Source of the DNA: an uncultured delta proteobacterium | GTDB taxonomy: Bacteria; Desulfobacterota; RBG-13-43-22 | Direction: 5' to 3' | Length of the DNA: 64,000 nucleotides | NCBI GenBank assembly: GCA_963790475.1 | Contig: CAWBOS010000010.1 | Span: 128,001-192,000, forward strand | Part shown: positions 1 to 10,659 of the stretch, one piece after another | Numbering within the stretch: position 1 is the stretch's first letter | How the letters are laid out: each line of letters opens with the position of its first letter | The notes under the pieces: model-generated | The model's input: only the letters and a program-made list of their open reading frames with translations | Database searches by the model: none | What the model was told of the DNA's origin: nothing | Made by a program: the position numbers and the translations under genes

Positions 1-2
1 AT

Positions 3-923
3 TATCTCCGGGAGAATCTAAAATCTCATGTCCCTTTAATCGCAGAGATCAATCAACATATTCTTCTAAGCGGCGGGAAAAGACTCCGGGCCTTGCTCTT
101 TATCCTCTGTTCCAGGCTCTGCGGATTTTCGGGGGGTGAAAAGGCCTATTATTTTTCTTCTATTTTTGAATACCTCCATGCCGCCACCCTGCTTCACGAT
201 GATGTTATTGACAATGCCACTGTCAGGAGAGGCAAGGCTTCGGCTAATACCCTTTGGGGTAATTCAGCCTCGGTTTTAGTTGGTGATTTTCTGCTGGCAA
301 AATCCTTCGCTCTGGCAGTAGAAACCGAAAACCTTCAGTTCTTGGATGTCCTTTCCCGGACAACAACCCTGATGGCCGAAGGCATGGTTTTGGAATTGGT
401 TGAAAGCCACAATCTGGAGGTGTCTGAGGAGACCTACCGGGAGATATTGATCAATAAAACGGCTATTCTTATCTCTGCCGCTTGTCAGACCGGGGGTATT
501 TGGGGCCAGGCCGGACTTGAGGAACAGGCGGCCCTGGCCGAATACGGCTTGGAATTGGGGATAGCCTTTCAACTGGTCGATGATCTTCTGGATTATACGG
601 GTACCCAGGATGAATTCGGCAAACCGGTGGGCAATGATTTTAAAGAAGGGAAGATCACCTTGCCCTTGATCCATACCTTGAAGGTTTGTTCGGATAAAAA
701 TAAAAACAAAATTGAAGAGATTTCTAAAAAAGATCAATTTATGGATGAAGATTTTCGATTTCTTCTTGACCTGATCAAAGGGCATGGCGGGTTTGAGTAT
801 GCCTGGGGGCGAGCCTTAAATTCTAAAGAAAAGGCCAAAGGAATGCTTACTCGATTCAACTCTACAGAGGCTAAACAGACCCTGATCGATCTGGCTGATT
901 TTGTGGTTGAACGGAAAAATTAA
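3..923 (+). CDS. ispB: Polyprenyl (octaprenyl-type) diphosphate synthase, 5' end outside window
   Basis: Frame open from the window edge (YLRENLKSHVPLIAEINQHILLSGGKRLR...); FARM LLHDDVID and SARM QLVDDLLD motifs. Confidence 0.85.
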   Translation, partial: YLRENLKSHVPLIAEINQHILLSGGKRLRALLFILCSRLCGFSGGEKAYYFSSIFEYLHAATLLHDDVIDNATVRRGKASANTLWGNSASVLVGDFLLAKSFALAVETENLQFLDVLSRTTTLMAEGMVLELVESHNLEVSEETYREILINKTAILISAACQTGGIWGQAGLEEQAALAEYGLELGIAFQLVDDLLDYTGTQDEFGKPVGNDFKEGKITLPLIHTLKVCSDKNKNKIEEISKKDQFMDEDFRFLLDLIKGHGGFEYAWGRALNSKEKAKGMLTRFNSTEAKQTLIDLADFVVERKN

Positions 924-969
924 TCTATTTTTTAAAGTAAAAATAAAAAGATGACAGGGAAAATTAAGC

Positions 970-1341
970 ATGATTCGATATGAGTTGTCCCCGGAAATTG
1001 AGTCGAAATTAAGACGGATCACCCGCAAACTTAAGATGGACCATATTGATCTGGACCGGGTTAGAGGGGTGCGAAGTTACGGTTCCACCGGTAAAGGAAT
1101 CATCGCCAGGTGCCACGCCCTACCCAAGGTGATGCAACTGGCCCTGGGAATAGACGCCCATTATGTAATAGAAATATTAACTGAAAATTATGATCGCCTG
1201 TCCAAAGAAGAACAGATTAAAATTCTGATTCATGAACTGATGCATATTCCGGAAACATTTGGTGGGGGCTTCCGTATGCACAGCGACCATGTAACCCGAA
1301 AAAATGTTGAAAAGTTGTACAGGAAATTAATGGGCGAGTAA
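970..1341 (+). CDS. Putative small metallopeptidase (HExxH)
   Basis: LIHELMHIP zincin motif in a 123-aa ORF. Confidence 0.7.
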   Translation: MIRYELSPEIESKLRRITRKLKMDHIDLDRVRGVRSYGSTGKGIIARCHALPKVMQLALGIDAHYVIEILTENYDRLSKEEQIKILIHELMHIPETFGGGFRMHSDHVTRKNVEKLYRKLMGE

Positions 1342-1396
1342 CATTTTATTTGCTGGTCAGGTGAGATGTTGGAAAAATGGGGCATTTCCCAAGGTC

Positions 1397-1636
1397 TCAG
1401 TCTTCAGGTTCGGAGGCATCATATAGCAGATTGTTGACCATAGAATGCAGGATACCCGCCAAATAGATCTCATCGTTGATGTCTGAAGACAGGGAGTGAT
1501 AAACTCCTTCTTTATCCATATAAAAAACAATAAGTTCCTTTATATTCTCTTGCTCTTCACTTAACCTGTCCAGGATATCCACAACCTGCTTCTGGGTTCG
1601 GTCAATGTGAATCAGTTTTCCCTTTTTTTCAGACAT
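1397..1636 (-). CDS. Hypothetical protein, 79 aa, acidic
   Basis: GAGGAG Shine-Dalgarno upstream of ATG; co-oriented with the lon cluster. Confidence 0.65.
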   Translation of the reverse strand: MSEKKGKLIHIDRTQKQVVDILDRLSEEQENIKELIVFYMDKEGVYHSLSSDINDEIYLAGILHSMVNNLLYDASEPED

Positions 1637-1718
1637 TCTAAGTACTCCTCAATAAGTATTTCTTATTTCTGAAGGCGGATTCCAATATGATTTCAGGGCA
1701 AAAATTCTCCGACCACAA

Positions 1719-2606
1719 TCATCCGGGAAAAAGTCTGAATTTGTCCACCATAAGTTCCGGATGATAAGAAAGCTTGGACTTTCGTAAGCCCTCGATCCCT
1801 AAGTCCTGTTCCCGATTGACAAAGGGGACATTAGCCCATTCCCGCTCTAAAAACTGTTGTTGGAGTATAGGATAAAGACCGGGAAGCTCCGGGTTGGCCT
1901 TTTCTATGTGTATAACCACGGTCTCCGGGTTTAGCAGTTCTCCCAGGGTGAAGGCTTCCACTTTGTTTCCGATCCGGATAACTCCGCCCTTATAACTCAA
2001 TAAATCATATTTTTTGATGGCCTCAGAAACAGCCTGATCCTCACTCAACAGATTGTGAGATTCAAGACATTTTTTCGAACGGCACCATTCCTCCTGGAGA
2101 TTGAGGCATTCGTCAACAAGGTCGATAGTCAGAGTGTGGTATTCCCAAGTGTGCTTTTTATTAAAACGGTTGATGTGGTTTTTCAAGGTATGATATTTAT
2201 TTCCGGAAAGATGGACCAGCTTATTGATCCGGTAAACATAATCGCTGTTATCCCGATCCAGAACAACTTTTAAATCAGGAAAGTCAGGGAGTTCTTTGAC
2301 GACCGATTCAGGAAGACGTTCGAAGGAAGGGGGAAGCCCTTGATCTTTAAAATAGGTCAGGCAATCGATGACCCAGGACGCCGTATCCCCTTTTCCTATA
2401 GGGGGAAAGAAAAAAGGGGCGGCTCCCTTAGGCTGGGCCAACAGGGTTATGAACCCCTGATGGAGGGCTACCTTAAATTGATAATAATACCTCCAGATAT
2501 AAAGATTGGTAAAGGTCAACTCAGAAATAACCGGGGGGTTTTGTTGAAGATTCTCCTCGATTTCCTGTTTGTGGTCGAGAGAAAGAGGGGTAAAGTTCAA
2601 TTGCAT
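1719..2606 (-). CDS. DUF2156 / lysylphosphatidylglycerol-synthase C-terminal-like GNAT protein
   Basis: SELTFTNLYIW, DYVY, HIEKAN, VNREQDLGIEGLRKSKLSYHP motifs. Confidence 0.85.
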   Translation of the reverse strand: MQLNFTPLSLDHKQEIEENLQQNPPVISELTFTNLYIWRYYYQFKVALHQGFITLLAQPKGAAPFFFPPIGKGDTASWVIDCLTYFKDQGLPPSFERLPESVVKELPDFPDLKVVLDRDNSDYVYRINKLVHLSGNKYHTLKNHINRFNKKHTWEYHTLTIDLVDECLNLQEEWCRSKKCLESHNLLSEDQAVSEAIKKYDLLSYKGGVIRIGNKVEAFTLGELLNPETVVIHIEKANPELPGLYPILQQQFLEREWANVPFVNREQDLGIEGLRKSKLSYHPELMVDKFRLFPG

Positions 2607-2675
2607 GGCGAGTTCGATTTTGAATGTTTAAATATTAGATTCATTTTATATTTTAAGTAATTCATTTTAATCCTT

Positions 2676-3560
2676 TTATTGTTTACTCTTTCTTGTCTTT
2701 CCGAAAGGCCGATCCAGACCTTTCAAAGCCTTAAGATCCTCAACAATTTGATAGGGGATCTTTAAATCCCCTTTCCCGGTAAGGAGGTCCACATCTTTTT
2801 TGATGTCCCCGTGATAATCAGTACCCCCAGTGTAAATAAGATTTAACTCTTTGGCCAGTGAAAAATAATCGCCTGTCTGATTGGGCGTATGCTCGGAATA
2901 AAGGACCTCGATCCCTTTGAGCCCACTATTTTTTAATTTTTGGATTAATCTTTTTAGATCCCTTAACGATGGATAATTTAAAGTGAAAGGATGAGCCAGA
3001 ACCGGGATCCCTCCGGCCTGAGTAATCAAAGAAATAGCCTCAGAGGGAGAAAACCGGAATTTTTCCACATAGGCCTGAGCCCCTTTAGCTAAATATTTTT
3101 GAAAAGCTTCTTCGAAAGAGGAGACCGCCCCCATCTGAAAAAGGACCCGGGCAATGTGAGGCCGGCCCATCTGGCCAGTGGCCAGGGCCTGGACTTGATC
3201 AAAGGAAATGGGAATACCCAGGGACTGAAGCTTGCTGATGATCTTCGGATTTCTTTCCCTCCGGGCCTCTTGGAGCCGTAGAAGTTCTCGATTCAAATTC
3301 AGGTCTGAAGGATCAATATAATAACCCAGCAGGTGCATCGTCCCTCCGGGGTATTGGGCACTGATCTCCAAACCCGGTATGACCTCAAGCCCTATTTCTT
3401 TGCCGGCGACCAAGGCCGTTTCCAATCCGTCGATGGTATCATGATCGGTCAAAGAAACGGCCGCAGCCCCCTTTCTTCTGGCATAGGCCATCAGGTCTCC
3501 GGGCGAAAGGCTGCCATCAGAAGCGGTGGAATGGATGTGGAGGTCGATCAGCTTTTCCAC
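2676..3560 (-). CDS. PHP-domain phosphoesterase (TrpH/YciV-like)
   Basis: DLHIHSTASDG, LTDHDT, GRPHIA, LAHP, GGTDYHG; start placed at GTG 3560 because the upstream extension is a heptamer repeat. Confidence 0.9.
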   Translation of the reverse strand: MEKLIDLHIHSTASDGSLSPGDLMAYARRKGAAAVSLTDHDTIDGLETALVAGKEIGLEVIPGLEISAQYPGGTMHLLGYYIDPSDLNLNRELLRLQEARRERNPKIISKLQSLGIPISFDQVQALATGQMGRPHIARVLFQMGAVSSFEEAFQKYLAKGAQAYVEKFRFSPSEAISLITQAGGIPVLAHPFTLNYPSLRDLKRLIQKLKNSGLKGIEVLYSEHTPNQTGDYFSLAKELNLIYTGGTDYHGDIKKDVDLLTGKGDLKIPYQIVEDLKALKGLDRPFGKTRKSKQ

Positions 3561-3619
3561 TTTGTTACCATTTTTGACTCTATCCCACAATCCGAATTCC
3601 GAAATCCGCAATCAAGAAA

Positions 3620-5992
3620 TTATCTCTTGCAGGCCCTGGATCTTTTACATAGGGCCAGGTCAATGACCTCATCCATTCGTTCCACAAAATGAAACTTCAG
3701 ACCTTTTTTCAGATGAGAGGGGATCTCTTCCAGGTCTTCTTCATTTTTCTTGGGCAGGATAACCGTCCTGATCCCGGCCCGCTTGGCTGCCAGAACCTTT
3801 TCCTTGATCCCCCCCACCGGAAGGACCAGACCACGCAGGGTGATCTCTCCGGTCATGGCCAGGTTCCCGCGTATTGGCCGGTCAGTCAACAAAGAAGTTA
3901 ACGCGGTCATAATGGCTATTCCGGCAGATGGCCCGTCTTTGGGGATGGCCCCGGCCGGGACATGGACATGGATGTCGTTCTTTTCATAAAAATCTTCCGG
4001 GATACCCAACTGCGCGGCTTTGGAGCGGATATAGCTGAGGGCCGCCCCGGCCGATTCTTTCATGACGTCTCCCAGTTGTCCGGTAAGGGTCAGGGTTCTC
4101 CGACCGGGCATTTTAGAGGCCTCGACAAAGAGAATGTCTCCCCCGGCTTGAGTCCAGGCCAGACCGGTGGCCACTCCGGGCTCTTGAGTTCTTTCGGCAA
4201 TTTCGGAAAAAAAGTGGACCGGACCTAAATATTGGTGCAGATCCTCCTCGGTTATTCTTTTAGTCTGGATTTTTCCCTCGGCCACCTCTTTGGCTACCCC
4301 TCGGCAGATGGAGGCTATTCCTCTTTCCAGATTACGCAGACCGGCCTCGCGGGTATAAGAGCGGATAATAATCTGAAGGGCCTTCTGGTCAAAACTGAGG
4401 ACCTTTTCGGACAGACCGTGTTCCTGCAGTTGTTTGGGGATGAGATGTTTCCGAGCGATTTGTATTTTTTCCTCCTCAATATAGCCGGACAAATCTAAAA
4501 CCTCCATCCGGTCCCGTAAGGCCGGGGGAATGGTGTCCAGGATATTGGCTGTGGTGATAAACATGACCTTGGAAAGGTCGAATTCAACCTCCAGATAGTG
4601 ATCGGAAAAAGTGGAGTTTTGTTCAGGATCCAGGACCTCCAAAAGGGCCGAAGAGGGGTCGCCTCGAAAATCTGCGCCCACCTTATCGATTTCATCCAGG
4701 ATAAAGACCGGATTGTTGGACCCGGCTTTTTTCAGGCCCTGGATGATCCGGCCGGGCAGGGCCCCAATATAAGTCCGCCTGTGTCCCCTGATTTCGGCCT
4801 CATCCCGAACCCCTCCGAGAGAAAGACGGACAAACTTCCTGCCCAGGGCCCGGGCGATGGAACGCCCCAAGGAGGTTTTGCCCGTGCCCGGAGGACCGAC
4901 AAAACAAAGGATAGGCCCCTTCATGTCCGGTTTAAGTTTCCGGACGGCCAGGTATTCCAATATCCTTTTCTTGACTTTTTCCAAATCAAAATGATCGTCG
5001 TCTAAAACCTTGGCCGCGGCCCCGATATCCAGGTTATCTTCGGTATGGGTCTGCCAGGGCAGTTCGGTCAGCCAGTCAAGAAAGGAGAGGGCAACCGTAT
5101 ATTCGGGTGAGGCGGAGTTCATGCGGGAAAGACGGTTCAATTCCCGTTCCGCTTCTTTGGCTGCGGCCGGCGATAAACCGCGCTCAATGATCTTTTTCCG
5201 GTACTCCTCAATCTCCAGAGATTTTTCGTCTTTTTCCCCTAACTCTTTTTGAATGGCCTTGAGTTGTTCCCGGAGGTAATATTCCCGTTGTGTTTTATCT
5301 ATTCCTTCCTTGACTTCAAACTGGATTTTTTTACCGAGTTCCAAAACTTCCAATTCTTTGGTCAGGATTACGGTTATCTTTTGGAGCCGTTGTCTGACCT
5401 CCAGGGTTTCCAGGATATCCTGCTTGTCTTCCTTCGGTATATTCAGAGTTGAGGTTATCATATCGGCCAGAGAGCCGGGATCTTCCACACTTTGGGCCAA
5501 AAGACCCAATTCGGAGGGAAGATAAGGGGATAACTCGAGTACTTTGATAAAAAGACCCCGGGCGCTGTTTAACAAGGCATCGGTTTCGATTCCCGACTCC
5601 AATTGATCTTTGAGGATTTCGATCCGGGCCCTGAAATAAGGGCTGGTGGAGGTGATTTCCTCAATTTTAAAGCGGGAGAGGCCCTGGACCATAAGCCGGA
5701 CCCCTCCTTCGGGGACTTTGGCCATCTTCAAAATGGAGCCTACGGTCCCATAAGTATACAGGTCCTCGGTCGTTATAGGATCTTTGCCTTTACCTTGAAT
5801 CATGACCAGACCGATCAGGTGGTCTTTCATCAGGGCATCGTCCACTAATTGGACCCAGTTTTTTTCCCAGACCATCAGAGGCATGACCATTTTGGGAAAC
5901 AAGGCTACATCAAGAACGGGTAAAATAGGAATTTCTTCCGGTATGGTCAATACCTGAGTTTGAAGGGGTAAAGAAGTTTCGTTGATTTCCAT
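3620..5992 (-). CDS. lon: ATP-dependent Lon protease
   Basis: LON N domain, Walker [16 protein letters not shown], catalytic PKDGPSAG and KEKVLAA. Confidence 0.97.
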   Translation of the reverse strand: MEINETSLPLQTQVLTIPEEIPILPVLDVALFPKMVMPLMVWEKNWVQLVDDALMKDHLIGLVMIQGKGKDPITTEDLYTYGTVGSILKMAKVPEGGVRLMVQGLSRFKIEEITSTSPYFRARIEILKDQLESGIETDALLNSARGLFIKVLELSPYLPSELGLLAQSVEDPGSLADMITSTLNIPKEDKQDILETLEVRQRLQKITVILTKELEVLELGKKIQFEVKEGIDKTQREYYLREQLKAIQKELGEKDEKSLEIEEYRKKIIERGLSPAAAKEAERELNRLSRMNSASPEYTVALSFLDWLTELPWQTHTEDNLDIGAAAKVLDDDHFDLEKVKKRILEYLAVRKLKPDMKGPILCFVGPPGTGKTSLGRSIARALGRKFVRLSLGGVRDEAEIRGHRRTYIGALPGRIIQGLKKAGSNNPVFILDEIDKVGADFRGDPSSALLEVLDPEQNSTFSDHYLEVEFDLSKVMFITTANILDTIPPALRDRMEVLDLSGYIEEEKIQIARKHLIPKQLQEHGLSEKVLSFDQKALQIIIRSYTREAGLRNLERGIASICRGVAKEVAEGKIQTKRITEEDLHQYLGPVHFFSEIAERTQEPGVATGLAWTQAGGDILFVEASKMPGRRTLTLTGQLGDVMKESAGAALSYIRSKAAQLGIPEDFYEKNDIHVHVPAGAIPKDGPSAGIAIMTALTSLLTDRPIRGNLAMTGEITLRGLVLPVGGIKEKVLAAKRAGIRTVILPKKNEEDLEEIPSHLKKGLKFHFVERMDEVIDLALCKRSRACKR

Positions 5993-6023
5993 GGACTTCT
6001 CCTTTTATATTTAAGACCGAAAT

Positions 6024-6446
6024 CTATTCGGATTTAATGGGAATTGTTTTCTTTTGGGAAAGCTTTTTTGGCAAGACCACGGTAAGCAGTCCGTCTTTGT
6101 ATTGGGCCTCGATCCGCGATTCTTCAACCAGAACGGGTAACTCAAAGGACCGTTCAAAAGAGCCATACTCGATTTCCATTTGAAGATAACGAACAGCATT
6201 GGCCATTGGGAGCCGCTGTCTTTTCCCGGCCAGATAGACCAGGTTCCTTTTAACCGTAACCTGTATCTCGTCTTTTTTTAAACCCGAAACCTCGGCGATT
6301 ATCATAAAGGCCTCAGGGGTTTCGAGTACATCAATCTGTGGAGACCAGATTCTTTGGTCAAGTAAAAAACGGGGACTGAGTTGATAGAGCATATCATCCA
6401 TCAAACGCCTCATTTGACCATGAAGTTGGGATAAGTCGCTTACCAC
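6024..6446 (-). CDS. Hsp20/alpha-crystallin small heat-shock protein
   Basis: WSPQIDVLE...YGSFERSFELP...AQYKDGLLTVVLPK; directly upstream of lon. Confidence 0.9.
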   Translation of the reverse strand: MVSDLSQLHGQMRRLMDDMLYQLSPRFLLDQRIWSPQIDVLETPEAFMIIAEVSGLKKDEIQVTVKRNLVYLAGKRQRLPMANAVRYLQMEIEYGSFERSFELPVLVEESRIEAQYKDGLLTVVLPKKLSQKKTIPIKSE

Positions 6447-6718
6447 CTTGGATCCTCCTTTCTCTTCTAAGAACGATTATTTTGAAGAGCTGCTCTTTAT
6501 GTCAAAAACTATATGAAGTCTTATTATAAGGATTGTAAAGGCTTTTGTAAAGGAGAGGGTTAATAATTTTTGGCTTGACAGGGTCCGAGGGAGGTGGGAG
6601 ATTTGGATGCAGGCAAGAGGCATGACGTTCTTAATAATACCTACTTTGAGTATTCGACACAATTTTGAATTTTGATTCCTGGATTCCTGAGGATAATTTT
6701 AAAATTGAAAGCCAATCC

Positions 6719-8635
6719 ATGAAACAGATTATTCTCGGTACTGCCGGACATATCGATCACGGCAAGACCAGCTTAGTTAAGGCCATGACCGGGATAGATA
6801 CCGACCGCCTTAAAGAGGAAAAAGAGCGGGGAATCACCATCGAACTGGGATTTGCCTATTTGGATCTTCCTAATGGCCAGCGTCTGGGAATTATCGATGT
6901 CCCCGGGCATGAACGTTTTATCAAAAATATGGTGGCCGGAGCCAGTACCATCGACCTGGTGGCCTTGATTATTGCCGCCGATGAAGGGGTCATGCCCCAA
7001 ACCAGGGAGCATTTGGATATTTGCACCCTCCTGGGTATTAAAAAAGGTCTGGTGGCCTTGACCAAAATCGACTTAGTCGAAGAAGATTGGCTGGATCTGG
7101 TTCAGGAGGATATCAAGGAATTCTTGAAGGGGACCTTTCTGGAAGGAGCTCCGATCCTTCCGGTCTCATCGGTTACCGGCCAGGGAATTTCTGAATTGAC
7201 GGTAGTCCTGGAAAGGCTTTCGGGCGAGGTAGAGGAACGTTCTTCTGCCGGCATCTTCCGGCTGCCGGTGGACCGGGTCTTTTCCATGCGCGGGTTTGGT
7301 ACGGTGATTACTGGTACGACCATGTCCGGCAGCCTGTCCGTGGGGGAGCAGGTTTATATTTATCCCCAGGAGATCCAGGCCAAGGTCCGCGGGATTCAGG
7401 TCCACAATCAGGATACTGAACAGGTCCGGGCCGGTCTGCGCACAGCCATTAATCTGCAAGGAATTGAAAAGGCCACTGTAAACCGGGGGGATGTGGTTGC
7501 CTCTCCTCTGAGTTTGTATCCGACCCGATTGTTGGATATCCAGGTGCGCTTACTGAAATCCATTCCCAGACCCTTAAAAAACAGGAGTCAGATACGTTTT
7601 CACAGCGGGACGAACGAAATCCTGGGCCGGGTTATCCTTCTGGAAAGCGAAGAAATAAAACCTGGCGAATCCCAGTTCTGCCAGATACGTTTCGGCGAAC
7701 CGGTGGCCTTGTTGCCCGGAGACCTGGCCGTAATTCGCAGCTATTCGCCGGTCCAGACCATTGGCGGAGCTGAGGTTTTGAATGTGAAACCGGGCAAGCA
7801 TAAACGTTTCAATCCCGAAGTGATTCATCAACTCCAGGTCCTTAAATCCGGCAGCGATTCGGAAAAAGTAGCCCTGCAAGTCCTCCAGAGCGGGGCAACC
7901 GGGGTGTCCCGGAAGAATTTGGGACAGGTCCTGCCCCTTCCCCCGAAAAAGTTGGATGACCTGCTCAAAGAGCTCCTTTTCCAGAAGGTGCTCGTTCAAT
8001 GGGACAAGGAAAATAAAATCATTATCCATCAACAGGAGTTGTTCAAGCTGAGCCAGGCGACCCGGTCGGAATTGGAAGGATATCATAAAGCCAATCCCTT
8101 AAAGTCCGGATTGTTTAAGGAAGAATTAAAATCCCGTCTGCCTCAAATTCGAGAGGCCAAACTTTTTAATTTTGTTTTAAATCAACTGGCCGAGCAGAAT
8201 ATTTTGGTTCAGGAAAAGGAACTGGTTCGACTGACAGACCATAAGGTGCAGTTAAAGGAAGACCAACAGGCGGTCCGGGATTCGCTGGAAAAGGTCTATC
8301 TAACCAGCGGCCTCCAACCTCCCTATTTCAAAGAACTGGCTGAAAAATTCGCCAAAGGGCAACCCCGGCAGGTTTTGGAATTGATGGTCAAGGAAGGAAA
8401 ATTAGTCAAGGTTAAAGAGGACCTTTATTTTCACAAACAGGCCATCGAAGATCTCAAAAGAAACCTGATCCAGTGGCTGAAGGAAAAAGGAGAAATCACT
8501 ACCCCGGAATTTAAAGATATGACCCAGACTTCGCGGAAATATACTATCCCTTTATTGGAGTATTTTGATGCTCTTCAGGTGACCATGCGGGTCGAGGACA
8601 AGCGGCTCCTTCGGGAGAGTAAGAAGTCGGTTTGA
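6719..8635 (+). CDS. selB: Selenocysteine-specific translation elongation factor
   Basis: [29 protein letters not shown] GTPase motifs; C-terminal winged-helix end [13 protein letters not shown]. Confidence 0.97.
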   Translation: MKQIILGTAGHIDHGKTSLVKAMTGIDTDRLKEEKERGITIELGFAYLDLPNGQRLGIIDVPGHERFIKNMVAGASTIDLVALIIAADEGVMPQTREHLDICTLLGIKKGLVALTKIDLVEEDWLDLVQEDIKEFLKGTFLEGAPILPVSSVTGQGISELTVVLERLSGEVEERSSAGIFRLPVDRVFSMRGFGTVITGTTMSGSLSVGEQVYIYPQEIQAKVRGIQVHNQDTEQVRAGLRTAINLQGIEKATVNRGDVVASPLSLYPTRLLDIQVRLLKSIPRPLKNRSQIRFHSGTNEILGRVILLESEEIKPGESQFCQIRFGEPVALLPGDLAVIRSYSPVQTIGGAEVLNVKPGKHKRFNPEVIHQLQVLKSGSDSEKVALQVLQSGATGVSRKNLGQVLPLPPKKLDDLLKELLFQKVLVQWDKENKIIIHQQELFKLSQATRSELEGYHKANPLKSGLFKEELKSRLPQIREAKLFNFVLNQLAEQNILVQEKELVRLTDHKVQLKEDQQAVRDSLEKVYLTSGLQPPYFKELAEKFAKGQPRQVLELMVKEGKLVKVKEDLYFHKQAIEDLKRNLIQWLKEKGEITTPEFKDMTQTSRKYTIPLLEYFDALQVTMRVEDKRLLRESKKSV

Positions 8636-8904
8636 TTTCAAGCCGGATATCATTTAGCACTCTTCTTTTTAACCCTATAGAATTTTTCCGTGAGCCAAAG
8701 AAGACCCGTCGCATCAAATAAGACCCCATAGTCCCTTTTCCCTTTTGCTCAGACTACCCGGAATCACCGGACACATCAGACCGATGATTTTATTCGTCGA
8801 AATAGGTCTGTGGCCAGATAAATACTTCGAATTAAATATCCCTTGACTTACCCTATCCAAAAAAAATAGTATTCCTCCCAACAAAAAATGATAGGGAGGA
8901 ATGT

Positions 8905-9465
8905 ATGCGGCTTAAAGAACCCCGGGTGAAACCTTTGCCTGAATCGGAATGGACTGAAGAACAAAAAACGCTTCTTGAATATTATCGAAGAAAGTCCGGC
9001 AAGATATACAATATTTTTCTGACCCAGGCCCGACATCCTGAATTGATGAAAAAATGGAGGACCTTTTCCGATTATATCCTAAACCAAACCAGCCTTCCTG
9101 AAAGGGACCGCGAAATCCTGATATTACGTACCGGCTGGCTTTGCCAGTCGGAGTACGAGTTTGGACAGCATACCCGCATTGGAGAGAAGGCTGGGTTAAA
9201 ACCGGAGGAGATTGTAGAAATTACTAAAGGCCCCGATGCCCCGGGGTGGAGCCCTTTCGACTCTGCCCTGCTGCGGGCCGCGGATGAACTCCATGCCGAT
9301 GCCTTCATCTCCGATGTCACCTGGGATGTGCTGTCCAAGCGATACGACGAAAAGCAAATGGTGGATCTAGTCCTGACCGTAGGACAATATACCATGGTCT
9401 CCATGTTTCTGAATACCTGCGGCGTTCAGCTGGACCCCAAATTGGTCGGTTATCCTAAAGCCTGA
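8905..9465 (+). CDS. Carboxymuconolactone decarboxylase/AhpD-like family protein
   Basis: LPERDREILILRTGWLCQSEYEFGQH motif; ALLRAADELH. Confidence 0.85.
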   Translation: MRLKEPRVKPLPESEWTEEQKTLLEYYRRKSGKIYNIFLTQARHPELMKKWRTFSDYILNQTSLPERDREILILRTGWLCQSEYEFGQHTRIGEKAGLKPEEIVEITKGPDAPGWSPFDSALLRAADELHADAFISDVTWDVLSKRYDEKQMVDLVLTVGQYTMVSMFLNTCGVQLDPKLVGYPKA

Positions 9466-9478
9466 AGAGAACAATTCC

Positions 9479-9703
9479 ATGACGCCGATAATTATCTATG
9501 GAAAAGACGGCTGACCTTTTACCCGAAAGGCCCGTGAGACCTATCAGGCCCAAGGAAGAGAAATCTTATATTACAATCTTCCGGACCATCCGGAAAAGAT
9601 CGCAGAGTTCCTTTTATTTTCTCCGGATCGAAAGGTTCCGGTGGTCGTGGAAAATGGCCAGGCGATCATCGGATACGGGGGGACATGAAGGATAAAAAAT
9701 TAG
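9479..9703 (+). CDS. Glutaredoxin-like selenoprotein with two Sec (UXX-star-type), 74 aa
   Basis: MTPIIIYGKDG-U(TGA 9512-9514)-PFTRKARE...DRKVPVVVENGQAIIGYGGT-U(TGA 9686-9688)-RIKN-TAG; Grx motifs continue through the UGA; a SECIS-like hairpin follows each UGA; selB nearby. Confidence 0.85.
9515..9555 (+). promoter_or_regulatory. Candidate bacterial SECIS element for UGA 9512
   Basis: GGCC-cg-TGA-[GACCTA]-TCA-GGCC stem; G-first loop ~23 nt after UGA; lower CCTT/AAGG pairing. Confidence 0.6.
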
Positions 9704-9717
9704 GCCGGGTCCGGTTT
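9702..9717 (+). promoter_or_regulatory. Candidate bacterial SECIS element for UGA 9686
   Basis: AGGCCG-[GGTC]-CGGTTT hairpin; loop starts ~20 nt after UGA. Confidence 0.65.
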
Positions 9718-9972
9718 TAAAATCAACCGCCGTTTCGCTGTTTATCGCAATGGCTTCACCAGGATGACAAGATTGTTCGGACGACAAGCGGTTATTTTTG
9801 GGAGACGGGACAGGGATGTTTTCCTGGGCGAAGGACCTGCAAATAGTCGGGATTGAGATCGGGCAGGGGAAGGGTCTTCCTTAAAAATTCGGATTACCAA
9901 TCTAAATTTTCAAGGGGCACTGGGGAGAAGAAGGCTATGGATTGAACGGGAAAAAATTAGATTGTTTTATGT

Positions 9973-10446
9973 TCAGGTGACGTTGATATCGACAATTTCC
10001 AGGAGCCTCAATCCTCCCGGCGTTTTAACCTGAATTTCGTCCCCCGGTTCTTTTCCGATCAAGGCCCGGCCCAATGGAGAAAGGACGGAGATATCTCCAT
10101 CGTCGGCATTGGATTCATCCGGTCCGACCAGTCGGATTTTAAATTCATTGCCGGTATCCAAGTCGTTTAGAAGAACGGATGTGCCGAAGACGACCCGGTC
10201 TTCCGGCAAATCGGATATATCAATGATTTCGGAGACGGCGATCTTGGAGTGGAGTTCCGCTATCCGGCCCTCGATAAAACCCTGGCGTTCCTTGGCGGCG
10301 TGATATTCCGCATTTTCCGAAATATCCCCGTGAGACCGGGCCTCGGCGATGGCCTTGATAACCGCCGGCCGTTCGTCCCTTTCCAGTCGTTTTAGCTCTT
10401 CCCGAAGTCTTTCCAGCCCTTCCTTGGTAATCGGCGTCCGATCCAT
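9973..10446 (-). CDS. greA: Transcription elongation factor GreA
   Basis: MDRTPITKEG...AEARSHGDISENAEYHAAKERQ...SPLGRALIGK. Confidence 0.97.
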   Translation of the reverse strand: MDRTPITKEGLERLREELKRLERDERPAVIKAIAEARSHGDISENAEYHAAKERQGFIEGRIAELHSKIAVSEIIDISDLPEDRVVFGTSVLLNDLDTGNEFKIRLVGPDESNADDGDISVLSPLGRALIGKEPGDEIQVKTPGGLRLLEIVDINVT

Positions 10447-10659
10447 GCTACTTTTTCCTTTCAAACAAACTACCCCCGGAGAAGCTTCCATCCGAGGGTT
10501 TAAACATATTAGCAAAACAAGGGTCATAGTGCAAGAATATTATGTCATAACCCTTGATGTTGAAAGAGCCGAGGATACTGAAGCGTGGAAAGGCGGCAAG
10601 GAGAAGAAGTCCGGAGAATAAGGGGGGGGACGGCTGCAATGTCTCTTTACAAGGTCAAT

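Noticed and set aside
8654-8680. TTAGCACTC resembling a CIRCE heat-shock operator
   Set aside because: Only one half-site, with no GAGTGCTAA arm after 9 nt; not upstream of hsp20/lon
8636-8900. Possible tRNA-Sec (selC) after selB
   Set aside because: No cloverleaf with a TCA anticodon seen on either strand
9498-9695. 65-aa ORF MEKTADLL... in the ORF track
   Set aside because: Alternative frame over the UGA-containing glutaredoxin-like gene, which has recognisable motifs
9719-9800. Long imperfect hairpin AAAATCAACCGC...GCGGTTATTTT
   Set aside because: No recognisable RNA family; could be a terminator between convergent genes, but support is too weak
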